Positions 40,701 through 49,826 of a DNA stretch of 64,000 nt are shown piece after piece. Source of the stretch: Planctomycetota bacterium (GTDB lineage Bacteria > Planctomycetota > SZUA-567 > H5-PLA8); assembly GCA_016200135.1 (NCBI GenBank), contig JACQFI010000008.1:7968-71967 (forward strand). The letters are read 5' to 3'. How positions within the stretch are numbered: position 1 is the first letter of the stretch; every line of letters starts with the position of its first letter. A program made the translations under genes and the position numbers. The notes under the pieces are model-generated. The model was not told the origin of the DNA. It saw only the letters and a program-made list of their open reading frames with translations, and made no database searches.

Positions 40701-41155
40701 AGGTGCCCAAGATCGGTTCCATTCAGCTTCCCGTGTCGGTCAAACCCTTGGCCACGGCCGATAAGTATTGGGACTTTACGGCCGACAACGCCAACGGGCA
40801 GCCTAAGGACGAGTGGATCTACATGAGTCTGCGGAAGTTGGATGAAGTCATCACGGAAAAGGACTCAGGGCAGGATGAGTACGACCGCATCCTGAAAGAA
40901 TTGGGCGAGCGCAAACTCATCGTGAGTGGCATCCAGAAGCCTTCATGGGGTAAGATTGGCGAGGATAAGGCGTTGCGGTTCGAGTTCTCCGCTGGGGACC
41001 CGCTGCAGCCCGACAATCAGCGCGTACGCATGGCGTGTTACATCATCGTTAAGCCTAAGTATGTGATCTGTATCGCGCTTGGGTCCCGGCAGTCGATCTG
41101 GAGGACCACCGCGCGCAGCCTTGAGGCCAGTCTGCGCTCGCTCAAGGTGGAATAG
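37745..41155 (+). CDS. Large TPR / zinc-ribbon / single-pass TM / polyproline / FG-GAP (integrin-alpha, VCBS-like) repeat protein; the first ATG in frame is listed, and the reading frame is open upstream to about 37466
   Basis: TPR repeats are followed by CDLC...CKTC, a TM helix VMVLVLLLLFGAALFAVW, P14, then repeated DGDGxDD(L/V)V and FNGDKRDDLVVG FG-GAP-like motifs. Confidence 0.7.
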   Translation: MAAWEAVAAPQQTAAPLNAMGQYADGAPAAASPTPSKAAVPAAGQDPLALVEKGMDLFAEDRLDEATAAFEEALRLDPDLAEARAGVGKVLVRQERLDEGTQVLTEAIGMDPADPAPYYVLGFALRALGKNVEAADAYEKFLELHPQAEDGAKIQQWCQHVRHESVQMKRASQAAGTESAQAAGSGAPPVSGSAKASGGTQAVDVSASPEDEALLREQEQNLSESDKKYQKALTLFQEGDLDNAMRTSVKILNEDPAHFRSRVLLGRIYFRQKQYPPAIEQLEGALVTAPDYPEALYFLGQTYEKSGNHEKARSTYQRCLEVAPQGPRAERLREWLNSQTMAFAKGKAEQVQCDLCLRFFPSEELKLHDGKNTCKTCLSLIGGASLPATDPLVATPEGKKADAVEPASVEEIEGATRRSRGGVMVLVLLLLFGAALFAVWKYTKLPEWAGIRMVPPPPPPPPPPPPPVVGPESGSFDGSKVALTEEPVAVVLPFALWVYHPKLTGLEGAPAGTKTVFALKKGPEGMSVDPNSGAVSWLPRPRKVDDLFSGVAVPVELEAKGKWKGEGQEEKELFTVGKTFTLSYQFGFVIGNELELGLEEGDRLACVAGDFNGDKRDDLVVGAGHLGTGDLRYYFQTEDNPLPSPMLIDKAGPARLGRISAMHAVDVDGDGFDDLVAASYFTGRVHVFLQNKQHLPAPSGTMLAGQGPVAVAAADLGGDKKIEVGVLLSLGQKFAVATTQGGEQFSETKTVDVPLVGPRGWVAPWRSESRGPGFVAILPLAPKPVAFIPVKAGEPGAPLLSAAAPGKLIGGAVWVRVGAAAPGKAPPRRLVVLASDKESELVVLQEQDGRFEPSPTEPPLPVPGLAVSMIKGDWNQDGLDDLALILRDSVKLYFRTPEGYVEGLTYGNLGNLEGTGCVADLNSDGRPDLLVITENYKAKILTSRVTTATAAPAPAAGKEEGAGEFKFGEWPPLDELKGINLGERVKVPKIGSIQLPVSVKPLATADKYWDFTADNANGQPKDEWIYMSLRKLDEVITEKDSGQDEYDRILKELGERKLIVSGIQKPSWGKIGEDKALRFEFSAGDPLQPDNQRVRMACYIIVKPKYVICIALGSRQSIWRTTARSLEASLRSLKVE

Positions 41156-41189
41156 GTTTTCGGTATAGGCTTTTGGAAAGGGGCATCGC

Positions 41190-42656
41190 ATGCACTTCGC
41201 AACCCGCATCGCCCTCACCGTGGCCGTGTGTGCGCTCGGCGCTTCTTGCGCGCGCGCCGCCACGTTGGACCCCGACGAACTGCCGAAAGAGGAGATTGAG
41301 TTGCCCAACGGCGCGGGGAAAGTTTTGACGATCCGGTATCTCAGCCGCAACTGGAAACTGACCACGCCGGACATCCTGCTCGCCAAGCACATCTCGGACA
41401 CCGACGACGTCTGCTTCGAGGCCAAGATCAGCCATGTTGAAGGCAAGAACGTCGTCCTCTTTCAGCAGCAGGGAAAGATCGTCTGCCTGGACGAGGCCAA
41501 GCTGAAGGACATGAAGACCTACCAGCGCATGGACAACATCTGGGTCTGCGGAAAATTGAGGGAGCCGAAGGGCGCGCTGGAGGGCCTGGAACTGGTCCTC
41601 GTGGATGTGGCGCGGCTGCCGGAAGACATGGTGCTCTGCAAGAATCGGCTCAAGGTTCTGGAGGCCAGGAAGGATGCCGAGGGCCTGATCGAACTGGGCA
41701 ACCACATCTCCAATATCCTTGGGGTCGTAATCAACAACTTCAACCAGAACGATCAATTCCTGACGCTGCGTACGGAGGCCTGGACCAAGGGCCTTACCTT
41801 CAAGGAACAGCAACTCCCGAAGGACGACGTGGACGGCATGTACGCCCTCTCGGAAAAGTGGGTCGAACTCTTGCGCAAATCCTCCAAACGCAATGAGTTG
41901 ATCCTAAAGATACTGAAGATCGATCCGGAACACCGCAAGGCCAGCCGCATCGCAAAGGAAGAGATGGGGCTGGTGAAGGTGCAGGACACCGGGAAGTGGG
42001 TGACGCCGGAAGAACGCGAACGCATCAAAGCCGAGCAGGACGCCGAGATCGCCAAGCTCGACGCCGAGAAGCGCGCGGCGCTCGAGGCCAAGAAGCGGCT
42101 CCGGGAGGACGCGGTGAAGGAACGGGCGCAGCTTCTGGTGAAGTACCAGGCCGCGATCCGCACCGCCGAAGGCGTCAAGGAGATCGACGGCGCCATCGAG
42201 TCGCTCGGCAAGGCGATCCAGACTTCGATGGATCCCCGCTTCGGGCGTCAAGGCGTCGACGTGCTCTCCAGCATCGCCTATCCGGCGGCCGTCTACCCGG
42301 GCCTGGACTTGGCGGCGAAGAGCGAGTTCTCCGAGGTCCGGCGCGACGTGTACGCGACCTTGGCGTGGCGCGGCGGCTCGAATGCGCTCAAGACGCTCTC
42401 GAACGCGCTGCGCAAGGAGACCGAGGTCGGCGTCGTGAAGTCCGGCGTCGAATCGCTGGTGCGGCGCGGCGACCGCCCGGCGCTTGAGACGCTGATCGAG
42501 TGCCTGCAGAGCGACGAGTCCAAGGTTCAGACCGAGGTGGTCGAGGGCTTAAAGGCCATCGCGCACAACAATCTGGCCAGCAAGGACGAATGGCTGAAGT
42601 GGTGGGATGCCAATAAGGAACGCAAAGACTTGCTGCCCAAGAACAACGCCCAATAG
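41190..42656 (+). CDS. Secreted protein with C-terminal HEAT-like repeats
   Basis: Signal peptide and helical repeats; no catalytic motif recognised. Confidence 0.5.
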   Translation: MHFATRIALTVAVCALGASCARAATLDPDELPKEEIELPNGAGKVLTIRYLSRNWKLTTPDILLAKHISDTDDVCFEAKISHVEGKNVVLFQQQGKIVCLDEAKLKDMKTYQRMDNIWVCGKLREPKGALEGLELVLVDVARLPEDMVLCKNRLKVLEARKDAEGLIELGNHISNILGVVINNFNQNDQFLTLRTEAWTKGLTFKEQQLPKDDVDGMYALSEKWVELLRKSSKRNELILKILKIDPEHRKASRIAKEEMGLVKVQDTGKWVTPEERERIKAEQDAEIAKLDAEKRAALEAKKRLREDAVKERAQLLVKYQAAIRTAEGVKEIDGAIESLGKAIQTSMDPRFGRQGVDVLSSIAYPAAVYPGLDLAAKSEFSEVRRDVYATLAWRGGSNALKTLSNALRKETEVGVVKSGVESLVRRGDRPALETLIECLQSDESKVQTEVVEGLKAIAHNNLASKDEWLKWWDANKERKDLLPKNNAQ

Positions 42657-42683
42657 ATTCCGGTTCCTTTTCCCAGCCGAGCA

Positions 42684-42713
42684 GCGCGGGCTTCCAAGCC
42701 CGCGTCTTTTTTT
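42684..42713 (+). terminator. Rho-independent terminator (GCGGGC-TTCCAA-GCCCGC + T7)
   Basis: Hairpin plus T-run, 30 nt after the stop codon. Confidence 0.55.
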
Positions 42714-42819
42714 GTGCCCTGCCAGCCGCGCTTGCCTTTTTTCTGTCTTGGTTCAAAATTCAAGTTCCTCCGTCTGCTGCGTCACCATGGAATCTGAACA
42801 GGAAAGGAACCGGTGCGTC

Positions 42820-43809
42820 ATGGCTAAAGCGAAGCTGAAGCAGGTCCGCGTGGGGTTCATGGGCGTCGGAGGGGTGGCGCGTTGGGCGCATCTTGGCCAT
42901 CTCTCCAAGTGGGAAGATGTAAAACTCGTGGCCTTCTCGGACGTGAACAAGGAAGGGGTGGAGAAGGCTGCGCAGGAGTTCGGCGCGAAGGCATACACGG
43001 ATAACAAGGCCATGCTCGACCGCGAGGAACTCGACGCGGTCTACGTCTGCGTCCCGCCCTTCGCGCACACCGACCAGGAATTGCTCGTCGCCGACCGCAA
43101 GCTGGCGCTCTTCGTCGAGAAGCCGCTCTGCACGACGCTGGAGAAGGCCCGCGAGATCAACGAGGCCGTGAAGAAGTCGAAGATCGTCGCCGCGGTGGGC
43201 TACAACTGGCGCGCGTGCGAGATCACCCGCAAAGCGCAAGAGATCATCGGCAAGAACCCGATCTCCGCGGCCTACGGCTACTGGGTCGGCGGCATGCCCG
43301 GCGTCATGTGGTGGCGGCAGATGAAGCAGTCCGGCGGACAGCTTGTCGAACAGACCACGCATGTGGTGGATATCGCGCGTTACATCATCGGCGGGAAAGT
43401 GACGAGCGTGTACGCGGCCGGAGCGAAGGGCATCGCGAAGAAGCGCGTCGAAAAGCACGACGTCCACGACAACTCGATCGCGCTGCTGACGTTCGACCAC
43501 GGCACGGTCTGCGCCCTCGGCAGCGGGCATCTCTCGCCGCAAGGCTTCCGCACGGGCATCGACTTGCTGCTCGACGGCATGACCCTCACGCACAACAACA
43601 GCGAGCTGCGCGTGAAGCACGAGAAGGGCGAGGAGGTCTACCGCAACACGAACAAGCCCTACGAGGACGAGGACCGCAAGTTCCTGGACGCCGTCAAGAG
43701 CGGCGACGGGTCATCCGTCTGCTGCACCTACGCGGACGCGTTCGAGACGCACCGCGTCACCATGGCGGCCAACGAGAGCATGGAGACGGGCGAAGTGGTG
43801 AAGCTGTAG
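42820..43809 (+). CDS. Gfo/Idh/MocA-family oxidoreductase
   Basis: Rossmann motif VRVGFMGVGGVARW and the family EKP motif VEKPL. An AGGAAAGGA RBS lies before the ATG at 42820. Confidence 0.8.
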   Translation: MAKAKLKQVRVGFMGVGGVARWAHLGHLSKWEDVKLVAFSDVNKEGVEKAAQEFGAKAYTDNKAMLDREELDAVYVCVPPFAHTDQELLVADRKLALFVEKPLCTTLEKAREINEAVKKSKIVAAVGYNWRACEITRKAQEIIGKNPISAAYGYWVGGMPGVMWWRQMKQSGGQLVEQTTHVVDIARYIIGGKVTSVYAAGAKGIAKKRVEKHDVHDNSIALLTFDHGTVCALGSGHLSPQGFRTGIDLLLDGMTLTHNNSELRVKHEKGEEVYRNTNKPYEDEDRKFLDAVKSGDGSSVCCTYADAFETHRVTMAANESMETGEVVKL

Positions 43810-43835
43810 CGCCCAAGCGCCGGTTGAATTCGATC

Positions 43836-43874
43836 AAGACGGCGGGCGGAAATGCCCGCCGTCTTCTTTTTTTT
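43836..43874. terminator. Bidirectional rho-independent terminator (AAGACGGCGGGC-GGAAAT-GCCCGCCGTCTT + T9)
   Basis: Perfect 12-bp stem with flanking A and T runs, between convergent genes. Confidence 0.7.
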
Positions 43875-43877
43875 AGG

Positions 43878-44477
43878 TCAGCGGCGCGGACCGAAGTCGA
43901 GCAGTTCGTAGACGCCTATGCCGTCGTGCTCGATGCGGACCGTATGGCCGAGGGGCACTTGATCGGAACGCCAAGTCTTGACGGCGATGGACTTTCCGCC
44001 GGCTTTCTCTTCGCGCAGGCCGGCGCTGCAATCGATCTTCTTCCCGCCCACGTCGATGGCCCCCGCAGGCTGCGCCTTCTCTTCATCCGCGGGCGCGGCT
44101 TCTGTTCCGGGCTTGGCCTCGGCGAGCAGGAAGCGCTGCGTCGCGGTGGAGCGGTTGCCGCCGGACGCGTTCGTCACCTCCACGGTCACGTGGCGGCCCT
44201 TCGCGTCGGACTCGACGGCCGTCACCCGGGTCTCGTGGACCACTTCAACCTGGCGCTTCTCGTCGAGCTGCACCGTGATGCGCGCGCGGACCCATTGGTC
44301 CTTTTCGGCCTTGGCCAGCCAGCTCTGCGCGGGGAGCGTGAGTTCAGGGAAGGGGTCCTTCGCGGCTTCCGGCGCGGCGGGCGGGTCCTTGGGCGCGGCC
44401 TCTTCCGCCAGAACCCCGGACGCAAAGAGGCCCAGGACGACCATGGCTGAAAACGGAAACGTGCGCCAAATTACCAT
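43878..44477 (-). CDS. Secreted hypothetical protein
   Basis: Signal peptide MVIWRTFPFSAMVVLGLFASGVLA. The start is ambiguous: GTG at 44501, ATG at 44477, or ATG at 44444. Confidence 0.45.
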   Translation of the reverse strand: MVIWRTFPFSAMVVLGLFASGVLAEEAAPKDPPAAPEAAKDPFPELTLPAQSWLAKAEKDQWVRARITVQLDEKRQVEVVHETRVTAVESDAKGRHVTVEVTNASGGNRSTATQRFLLAEAKPGTEAAPADEEKAQPAGAIDVGGKKIDCSAGLREEKAGGKSIAVKTWRSDQVPLGHTVRIEHDGIGVYELLDFGPRR

Positions 44478-45412
44478 GTGAAGGGCACCGGGTTGACCCA
44501 CGCTTTGCGGCCGTCGAAGTCCACGACCTCGATGCGAACGTACCGCGCGCCTTGCCGCACGATGTACTCGGCTTCTTCCAACGGCCGGCCGCCGCGCGCC
44601 TGCACGTGGCCGCCGGAGACGTCCGAGACGAAGAAGACCTCGCGCGCGGGCGAAGTCGTCACGCGGATGCGGTGCGTCTTCAGCGCACTGCCCGACGCAT
44701 TCTTGAGCGCGTGGTCCTCGACCGTCAGCCCTTTCACTTCGGGGCCGCAGCTCGAATAGTTAAGGCCCGCTCTGAGCGCCTCCAGAACCGAAGTGGCCGT
44801 GAGGCTCTCCGCGCGGATCCAGGTCCAGGCGCCGAAGGTGTCCGTGCGCGCGACAGCGGCGTCGTGGCAGTCGTCGTTCGCGATCGCGGGCATCAGGCCG
44901 ACGCGATTAAGCAGTTCGTCCCAGGAGGCCGTGCTGTCGGCGCGGCCGTCGCAGTCGCAGTTGTAATTGTAGACTTCGACGCCGGCGTGGCGCGCGAGCG
45001 GCGCCAGGTCGGAGAGCGCGTGCCGGCACCAGTACGGATGCGCGAGGTACACCATGCCGCCCCGCGCGTTGACCCCGTCGATGATCTCCTGCGGGTGCGC
45101 GGCGCGCTTGGCGTCGAGCGCCTGCGTCAGCCCCAGGCAGATGAGGTGGTACGTCGAGCCGCCGTAGGGGTTGGCCGGGTGCAGTTCCGCGCCCGGAAGC
45201 ACCAGCATCGAGTCGGGGTCGTGGAGTTTGTCCAGGGGCGTTACGGCGTGGTGGTCGGTGATGGCCAGGATATCATAGCCGTTCTGCGCATATTCGTTGA
45301 CGCGTTCCTGCAACGAGACCTTCCCATCGGACGCGGTGGTGTGCGTGTGCAGGTTCGCGCGGCGCCAACGGCCCGACGCCACGAAGGGGTTTTTCCAGCC
45401 GGATGCGATCAT
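44471..45412 (-). CDS. PHP-domain (polymerase/histidinol-phosphatase-like) metal-dependent phosphoesterase
   Basis: ANLHTHTTASDG motif near the N-terminus, with further His/Asp motifs. Confidence 0.7.
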   Translation of the reverse strand: MIASGWKNPFVASGRWRRANLHTHTTASDGKVSLQERVNEYAQNGYDILAITDHHAVTPLDKLHDPDSMLVLPGAELHPANPYGGSTYHLICLGLTQALDAKRAAHPQEIIDGVNARGGMVYLAHPYWCRHALSDLAPLARHAGVEVYNYNCDCDGRADSTASWDELLNRVGLMPAIANDDCHDAAVARTDTFGAWTWIRAESLTATSVLEALRAGLNYSSCGPEVKGLTVEDHALKNASGSALKTHRIRVTTSPAREVFFVSDVSGGHVQARGGRPLEEAEYIVRQGARYVRIEVVDFDGRKAWVNPVPFTW

Positions 45413-45440
45413 TGTGGAGACGGTCCGATACGCGCGACGG

Positions 45441-46247
45441 CTAGTGGGACTCCGTCAGGCCCTTGGGAGCGGGCAGAACGATCTCTGCGTTGGGGTCTGC
45501 TTTGGCGGTGTCGGCTCCCTTGGGCTGGGGATCTTCCTTGGGCAGCACATATTTGGAGGACGTCGGCGGCGCGTTCTCGGCGGAATCGCCGCCCGGCTTG
45601 CGCGGATCCGCGGTCTCGGCGCCGGCCTTCTCCTTTTCACCTGCCTTAGCGGGACCTTCCTTCTCGGTCTTCAGCCACTGCCGCCATTTTTCGATCGACT
45701 GCGCGCGCGCAAGATCGCCACCGGCCGGGTTGTACCCGAAATCGTTGTTGGCTTTCGCCTTCAAGGTCCTGATCGCGGTCGAACGCATGCCGTATTCGTT
45801 GTCTTCAAGAACTTCGATCAGATCGCCCAAACTGTCCTTTTTGCCGTAGGCCACCGTCAGGCGCAGCGCGGGCGCGCGGACTTCGATGCGCGGATTCTTG
45901 AGCAGCGGACGAACCTTGCGGACGACGATCTCGGCCACGCCCTGCTTGGAGGCCCAGTAGCGCAGTTCGTCTTCGGACGGGATGGCGACGTGCCGTTCCA
46001 GGCTCTGCATCTGCTGGACGAGCTGGTCCACGGCCTTCGCCGGCTCGGTGTCGTCGGAGACGTTCTCGTACTTGGCGCCTTTGCGCTCGCTGTTCTTCGC
46101 GGCTTTGTCGGTGAAACCCGCGAACGGCGTGTCTTCGTAGGGCACGTTGGCTTTGCGTTCGGCCCATTTAGTGTTGCCGCAGCCGGCGAGTGCGAACACT
46201 CCCGCGAGCATGCTTAATACGGTGATGAAGCTGCGTGTGCGGTTCAT
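45441..46247 (-). CDS. Lipoprotein (lipobox LAGC), hypothetical
   Basis: MNRTRSFITVLSMLAGVFALAGCGN. Confidence 0.55.
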   Translation of the reverse strand: MNRTRSFITVLSMLAGVFALAGCGNTKWAERKANVPYEDTPFAGFTDKAAKNSERKGAKYENVSDDTEPAKAVDQLVQQMQSLERHVAIPSEDELRYWASKQGVAEIVVRKVRPLLKNPRIEVRAPALRLTVAYGKKDSLGDLIEVLEDNEYGMRSTAIRTLKAKANNDFGYNPAGGDLARAQSIEKWRQWLKTEKEGPAKAGEKEKAGAETADPRKPGGDSAENAPPTSSKYVLPKEDPQPKGADTAKADPNAEIVLPAPKGLTESH

Positions 46248-46384
46248 TTAGGTGGCTCTCGGCTCTCTGTAAGACGCTCACACCCACTGCACTTTGGACG
46301 ATTTCTATTGCAAAATGTTAGTATGCCATGGTTTTCAAATAAAACAATAGGCTAAGTCCAGGGCTCTTAGGGTCTTGGGACGGC

Positions 46385-48424
46385 CTAGCGGACCCTGAAT
46401 ACCGCATAGCGATTCAGTTCCTCGAACCGGAACCGCAACCGCCTGGCGGCAGCGTCGTACTCGAAGGGTATCGGCTGATAGGTCCACGTGGCTGAAAGGG
46501 GAACGACTTCCTGCGGCGCGGTCTCTTGGAAGAGGCTAACCTCCAATTCACGAATAGGTGCGGAGGTGTTCATATTGATGACGTGCACGGCCGTTGCGCC
46601 CGACGGCGTCGCGAGCGCCTCAGCGATAGGCCGCCCGGAACTCGCCCGCACCGACCAGGGCATCTCGCCGGCCAGGAAACTCAGGGCCTCCAGGATCTCG
46701 GCCGTGTTCTTGGGCGCGGCCCAATACTCATTGAAGACGTACCAGACCTCCGGCCGCGTGGACGGCTGTTCGAGGTGCTCCAGCGTGGGCAGATACGCCG
46801 CCTTCCCGTTCCCGAAGGACGCGCGAGCCGCCTGCGCCGGGTTGAAGTCCGCGCCGAAAAGCCGCGCCAGCGCGCGCTTGGGCCGGGTTCGGCGCCAGGC
46901 GTCGTAGGTTCCGGTCCCTTCCGTCAGCAGCAACCCGCCGCCGTTCTCCACAAATGCCGCAAGCGCGCCGGCGGCCTCGTCGCTGAGGCACTCGGCGTTG
47001 GCCAGCACCACGGCGCGATAGCGGTTCAGGTCGCTCAAATGCCGCGGATAGACCAGATCGAAGGGAATGTTGCGCTCGATCAGCGCCTGTTCGACGTTCA
47101 CCTGGCTCAGGTGCGTCTCCACGCCGTTGTACGCGAGGCTCTCCGTGTCGCGGTAGACGGCCACGTTCGCCAGCGAGCGCGTGTTGAGGAAGAGCGCGTC
47201 GCGGTGCTGCGTGTAGAAATCCATGTACTGCTTCGCGAGCTTCTGCCGCTCGTCGGACTCGGCGAGCTGCGCCTGGCCGGGCGCCCAGAAGCCGCTCAGC
47301 GGCCCGCCGAAATGCCCTAGCCCTTTGGCGTTGAAGGCCAGGTTCTCGGCGAGCGAGAGTTCGTAATGCGCGGGGCTCGGGCCATGGTGATGGTAGACCT
47401 GGATGGCGATGTCGAAGGCGCGCGCGGTCTTGAACGTGCGCCCGCGCGTGATCGTCGAACCGTGTTTATTGATGACCCCCGGCTTGTGCGGCTCCTCGCT
47501 GAAGGCGTAGTCGAGCCATGGCAACTGCTCGTTGTAATTGATGCCGTGCAGCCAGTCGGTGTTCTCGCCGAAGGCCTTGAAGAGGTTGGCCTCGACGGCC
47601 GTATTCGGGTTCTTGCGTTCGATGTGCCGCGAGAGCCGCGCCAGCGCTTGCGTCAGCGACTTCACTTTGAACTTCACCCACTCCTGCTGATGCACGACTT
47701 TGATGCGGCGCAGATCGATCGCCTGGTTCCAGCGGTTGTAGACCGGCGGGCGCACATGCGTGAAGGTGTTGTGCCCGAAGCGCGCCTGGCCCGCCGCGCG
47801 CGTGGCCTCGCTCTGCGGCCCGTACTGGTCGCGCAGCATCTCGCGGAAGGCCGCCACGCAGACCGGGCAGTGGCAGGTGTCGGGCTCGGCGTTGTAGCCG
47901 ATATTGTCGAAATGGATCATGTCCGCGCCGCAGTCCACGGCGTGCCCGCAGACGCGTTCCATGTAGCGCAAGTAGCCTTCGGCGTTGTAGCAGGGGCGCA
48001 CGCGAAAGCATTGGTGCGTGGTCTGGCAGGTCGGCGGCAGGCCGTCTTGGTTCACCTGGAACCAGTTCTGCGCGTCGGGTTCTTCGATCAGCAGCGTCTC
48101 GGGCGTCAGCGAGCCCAGCGTCACATAGGTTCCGACTTTCAGGCCGCGCTTATGCGCGCGCTCGATGTAATCCCGCGCGCGCTCCATCTCCTCTTTCTCG
48201 AACTCCATCCCGAAGCCCTTGAAGAAATGGATCCAGACGAGGTTGATGCCCGCTGCGGCGAGGGCCGCGATGGATTCGTCGGAGTGCGCGCGGGCGTACT
48301 CGGCTTCGAGGTCCTGCGCTTGGCCGCCGACGTACTTCAGAAAATAGAGCGGCTCCCAGAAGCCGACGGAGACCAGGCCGGTGTTGCGGATCCAGTCGGG
48401 CTTCTTCTTCAACGGTGCGGCCAT
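46385..48424 (-). CDS. Putative glycoside hydrolase, GH42-like (TIM barrel with Cys-cluster metal site, plus C-terminal domains)
   Basis: N-terminal barrel-like segment and a CHCPVC (C-x-C-xx-C) cluster reminiscent of the GH42 zinc site. Family assignment is tentative. Confidence 0.45.
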   Translation of the reverse strand: MAAPLKKKPDWIRNTGLVSVGFWEPLYFLKYVGGQAQDLEAEYARAHSDESIAALAAAGINLVWIHFFKGFGMEFEKEEMERARDYIERAHKRGLKVGTYVTLGSLTPETLLIEEPDAQNWFQVNQDGLPPTCQTTHQCFRVRPCYNAEGYLRYMERVCGHAVDCGADMIHFDNIGYNAEPDTCHCPVCVAAFREMLRDQYGPQSEATRAAGQARFGHNTFTHVRPPVYNRWNQAIDLRRIKVVHQQEWVKFKVKSLTQALARLSRHIERKNPNTAVEANLFKAFGENTDWLHGINYNEQLPWLDYAFSEEPHKPGVINKHGSTITRGRTFKTARAFDIAIQVYHHHGPSPAHYELSLAENLAFNAKGLGHFGGPLSGFWAPGQAQLAESDERQKLAKQYMDFYTQHRDALFLNTRSLANVAVYRDTESLAYNGVETHLSQVNVEQALIERNIPFDLVYPRHLSDLNRYRAVVLANAECLSDEAAGALAAFVENGGGLLLTEGTGTYDAWRRTRPKRALARLFGADFNPAQAARASFGNGKAAYLPTLEHLEQPSTRPEVWYVFNEYWAAPKNTAEILEALSFLAGEMPWSVRASSGRPIAEALATPSGATAVHVINMNTSAPIRELEVSLFQETAPQEVVPLSATWTYQPIPFEYDAAARRLRFRFEELNRYAVFRVR

Positions 48425-48553
48425 GAAGGCTCCATTCTTTTTCCTGCGGTGACGCGGAAGCGTTCGATGAGGACGAGCGCGTAAGGGCGTGCGGACTTCT
48501 ACGCCATTTCACGGGGCGGGGCAAGCACGGCGTCGGATAGGGCGGGGCGGGCG

Positions 48554-49039
48554 CTAGTCCTTATCCTTCTTCATGCGCTCTTGAAGTTTCTTCTTGCGGT
48601 CTTCGGGCATCTCGTTGGCACGCTGCTTCACCAGCTTCGACATGCGCTCCCAGGAGAAGTCCTTGTGCAGGTCCTCGATGTCCTGCTGGTTTTCTTTGGC
48701 GATCTCGAGGATGTACCACGGCGGCTGCGCGTCGAAGACCTTATAGAGCGCGATCCAGTAGATGAACTTCTTCAGGTTCTTCACTTCGCCGCCGGGCACG
48801 CCCATGGCGATGGGCAGCAGTTTGTCGTTCAGGAAGCGGTTCACGTTGCCGCTGCCGCTGGGGTTGTCGTTGCTCCAGGTCTCGAAGTGTTCCTTGGTCT
48901 TCCTGACGAACTTGTCCCACTCCTCGGGCTTCTGGTCCAGGGTCGCGCGCTGGTACGCGAGGTCCACGAAGTCCGTGGCCTGTCCCTTGCCGGCGAGCGT
49001 AGACAGAACGAGTCCGGCCACGAAAAGACAGACGCGCAT
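48554..49039 (-). CDS. Secreted hypothetical protein
   Basis: Signal peptide MRVCLFVAGLVLSTLAG. Confidence 0.45.
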   Translation of the reverse strand: MRVCLFVAGLVLSTLAGKGQATDFVDLAYQRATLDQKPEEWDKFVRKTKEHFETWSNDNPSGSGNVNRFLNDKLLPIAMGVPGGEVKNLKKFIYWIALYKVFDAQPPWYILEIAKENQQDIEDLHKDFSWERMSKLVKQRANEMPEDRKKKLQERMKKDKD

Positions 49040-49155
49040 GCGAAAACCTCCTCAGAGGAAGCCGTCCCCTGGAATGGCGCACGATAACCAGCCCGTTGCT
49101 ATTTTCTAGGCCATAGTTGCGAAAGCGACTAAGAATGCCTAACAGAAGGGATTAA

Positions 49156-49234
49156 CCGCCAAGACGCCAAAGCGCCAAGAACGGATTCTACAGACGAATT
49201 TTGAACTTCTGGGCGCACTTGGCGCCTTGGCGGT
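49156..49234. repeat. Small hairpin repeat CCGCCAAGACGCCAAAGCGCCAAGAACGGA ... CTTGGCGCCTTGGCGG (third copy of the CCGCCAAG motif family)
   Basis: Read from the sequence; intergenic. Confidence 0.6.
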
Positions 49235-49280
49235 TCATTTTTTTAGCTGTTCTAAGGTATTCGGGTAATACCATGCGGCT

Positions 49281-49766
49281 ATGAAGGAGGTTCGGGCCAT
49301 GGGCGATCCAGAAGCGGAGATCGAGTCGGGCCTCGGCATCATGCAGAAGATCGCCGGAAGCCTCATGTCCGGCCTATTGGTCTTTACGGCCGTGACGGTG
49401 CTGGTTGTTGCGCCGGGAAATCCATCGCCCACGCCTGAAGAGATGTCGTTCCCGATTCCAGCCATCGGCCTGATCATGTGCCTCGTGATGCTCCCCATCT
49501 CGTTTGTGGTCAAAGGCGTGGTATTGAAGCAGCCGCTTTCGAGCGGTTCGCTCGATGAACGCATCGCCCGCTACCGGAGCGGCACGATCATAGCTCTGGC
49601 GCTATGTGAAGGCGCCGGGTTTGCCCTGCTGCTCACGACCATCGTCGCCGGAGCCCACTACGTAAGCTGGGCCGCCTGCGTACTGATTCCCCTGGCGGGC
49701 ATGATCATGCATTTCCCGACGCGTACCAAATTTGAGCAGTCTTTTGAAGATGCCGGTCCCTCCTGA
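49281..49766 (+). CDS. Hypothetical membrane protein
   Basis: Four hydrophobic helices. Confidence 0.4.
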   Translation: MKEVRAMGDPEAEIESGLGIMQKIAGSLMSGLLVFTAVTVLVVAPGNPSPTPEEMSFPIPAIGLIMCLVMLPISFVVKGVVLKQPLSSGSLDERIARYRSGTIIALALCEGAGFALLLTTIVAGAHYVSWAACVLIPLAGMIMHFPTRTKFEQSFEDAGPS

Positions 49767-49826
49767 TTTTTTATTTTGAGTCTGATTCCCTTCGCACGCA
49801 TGAACTATCCGTAAAAGGTCAGGAAC

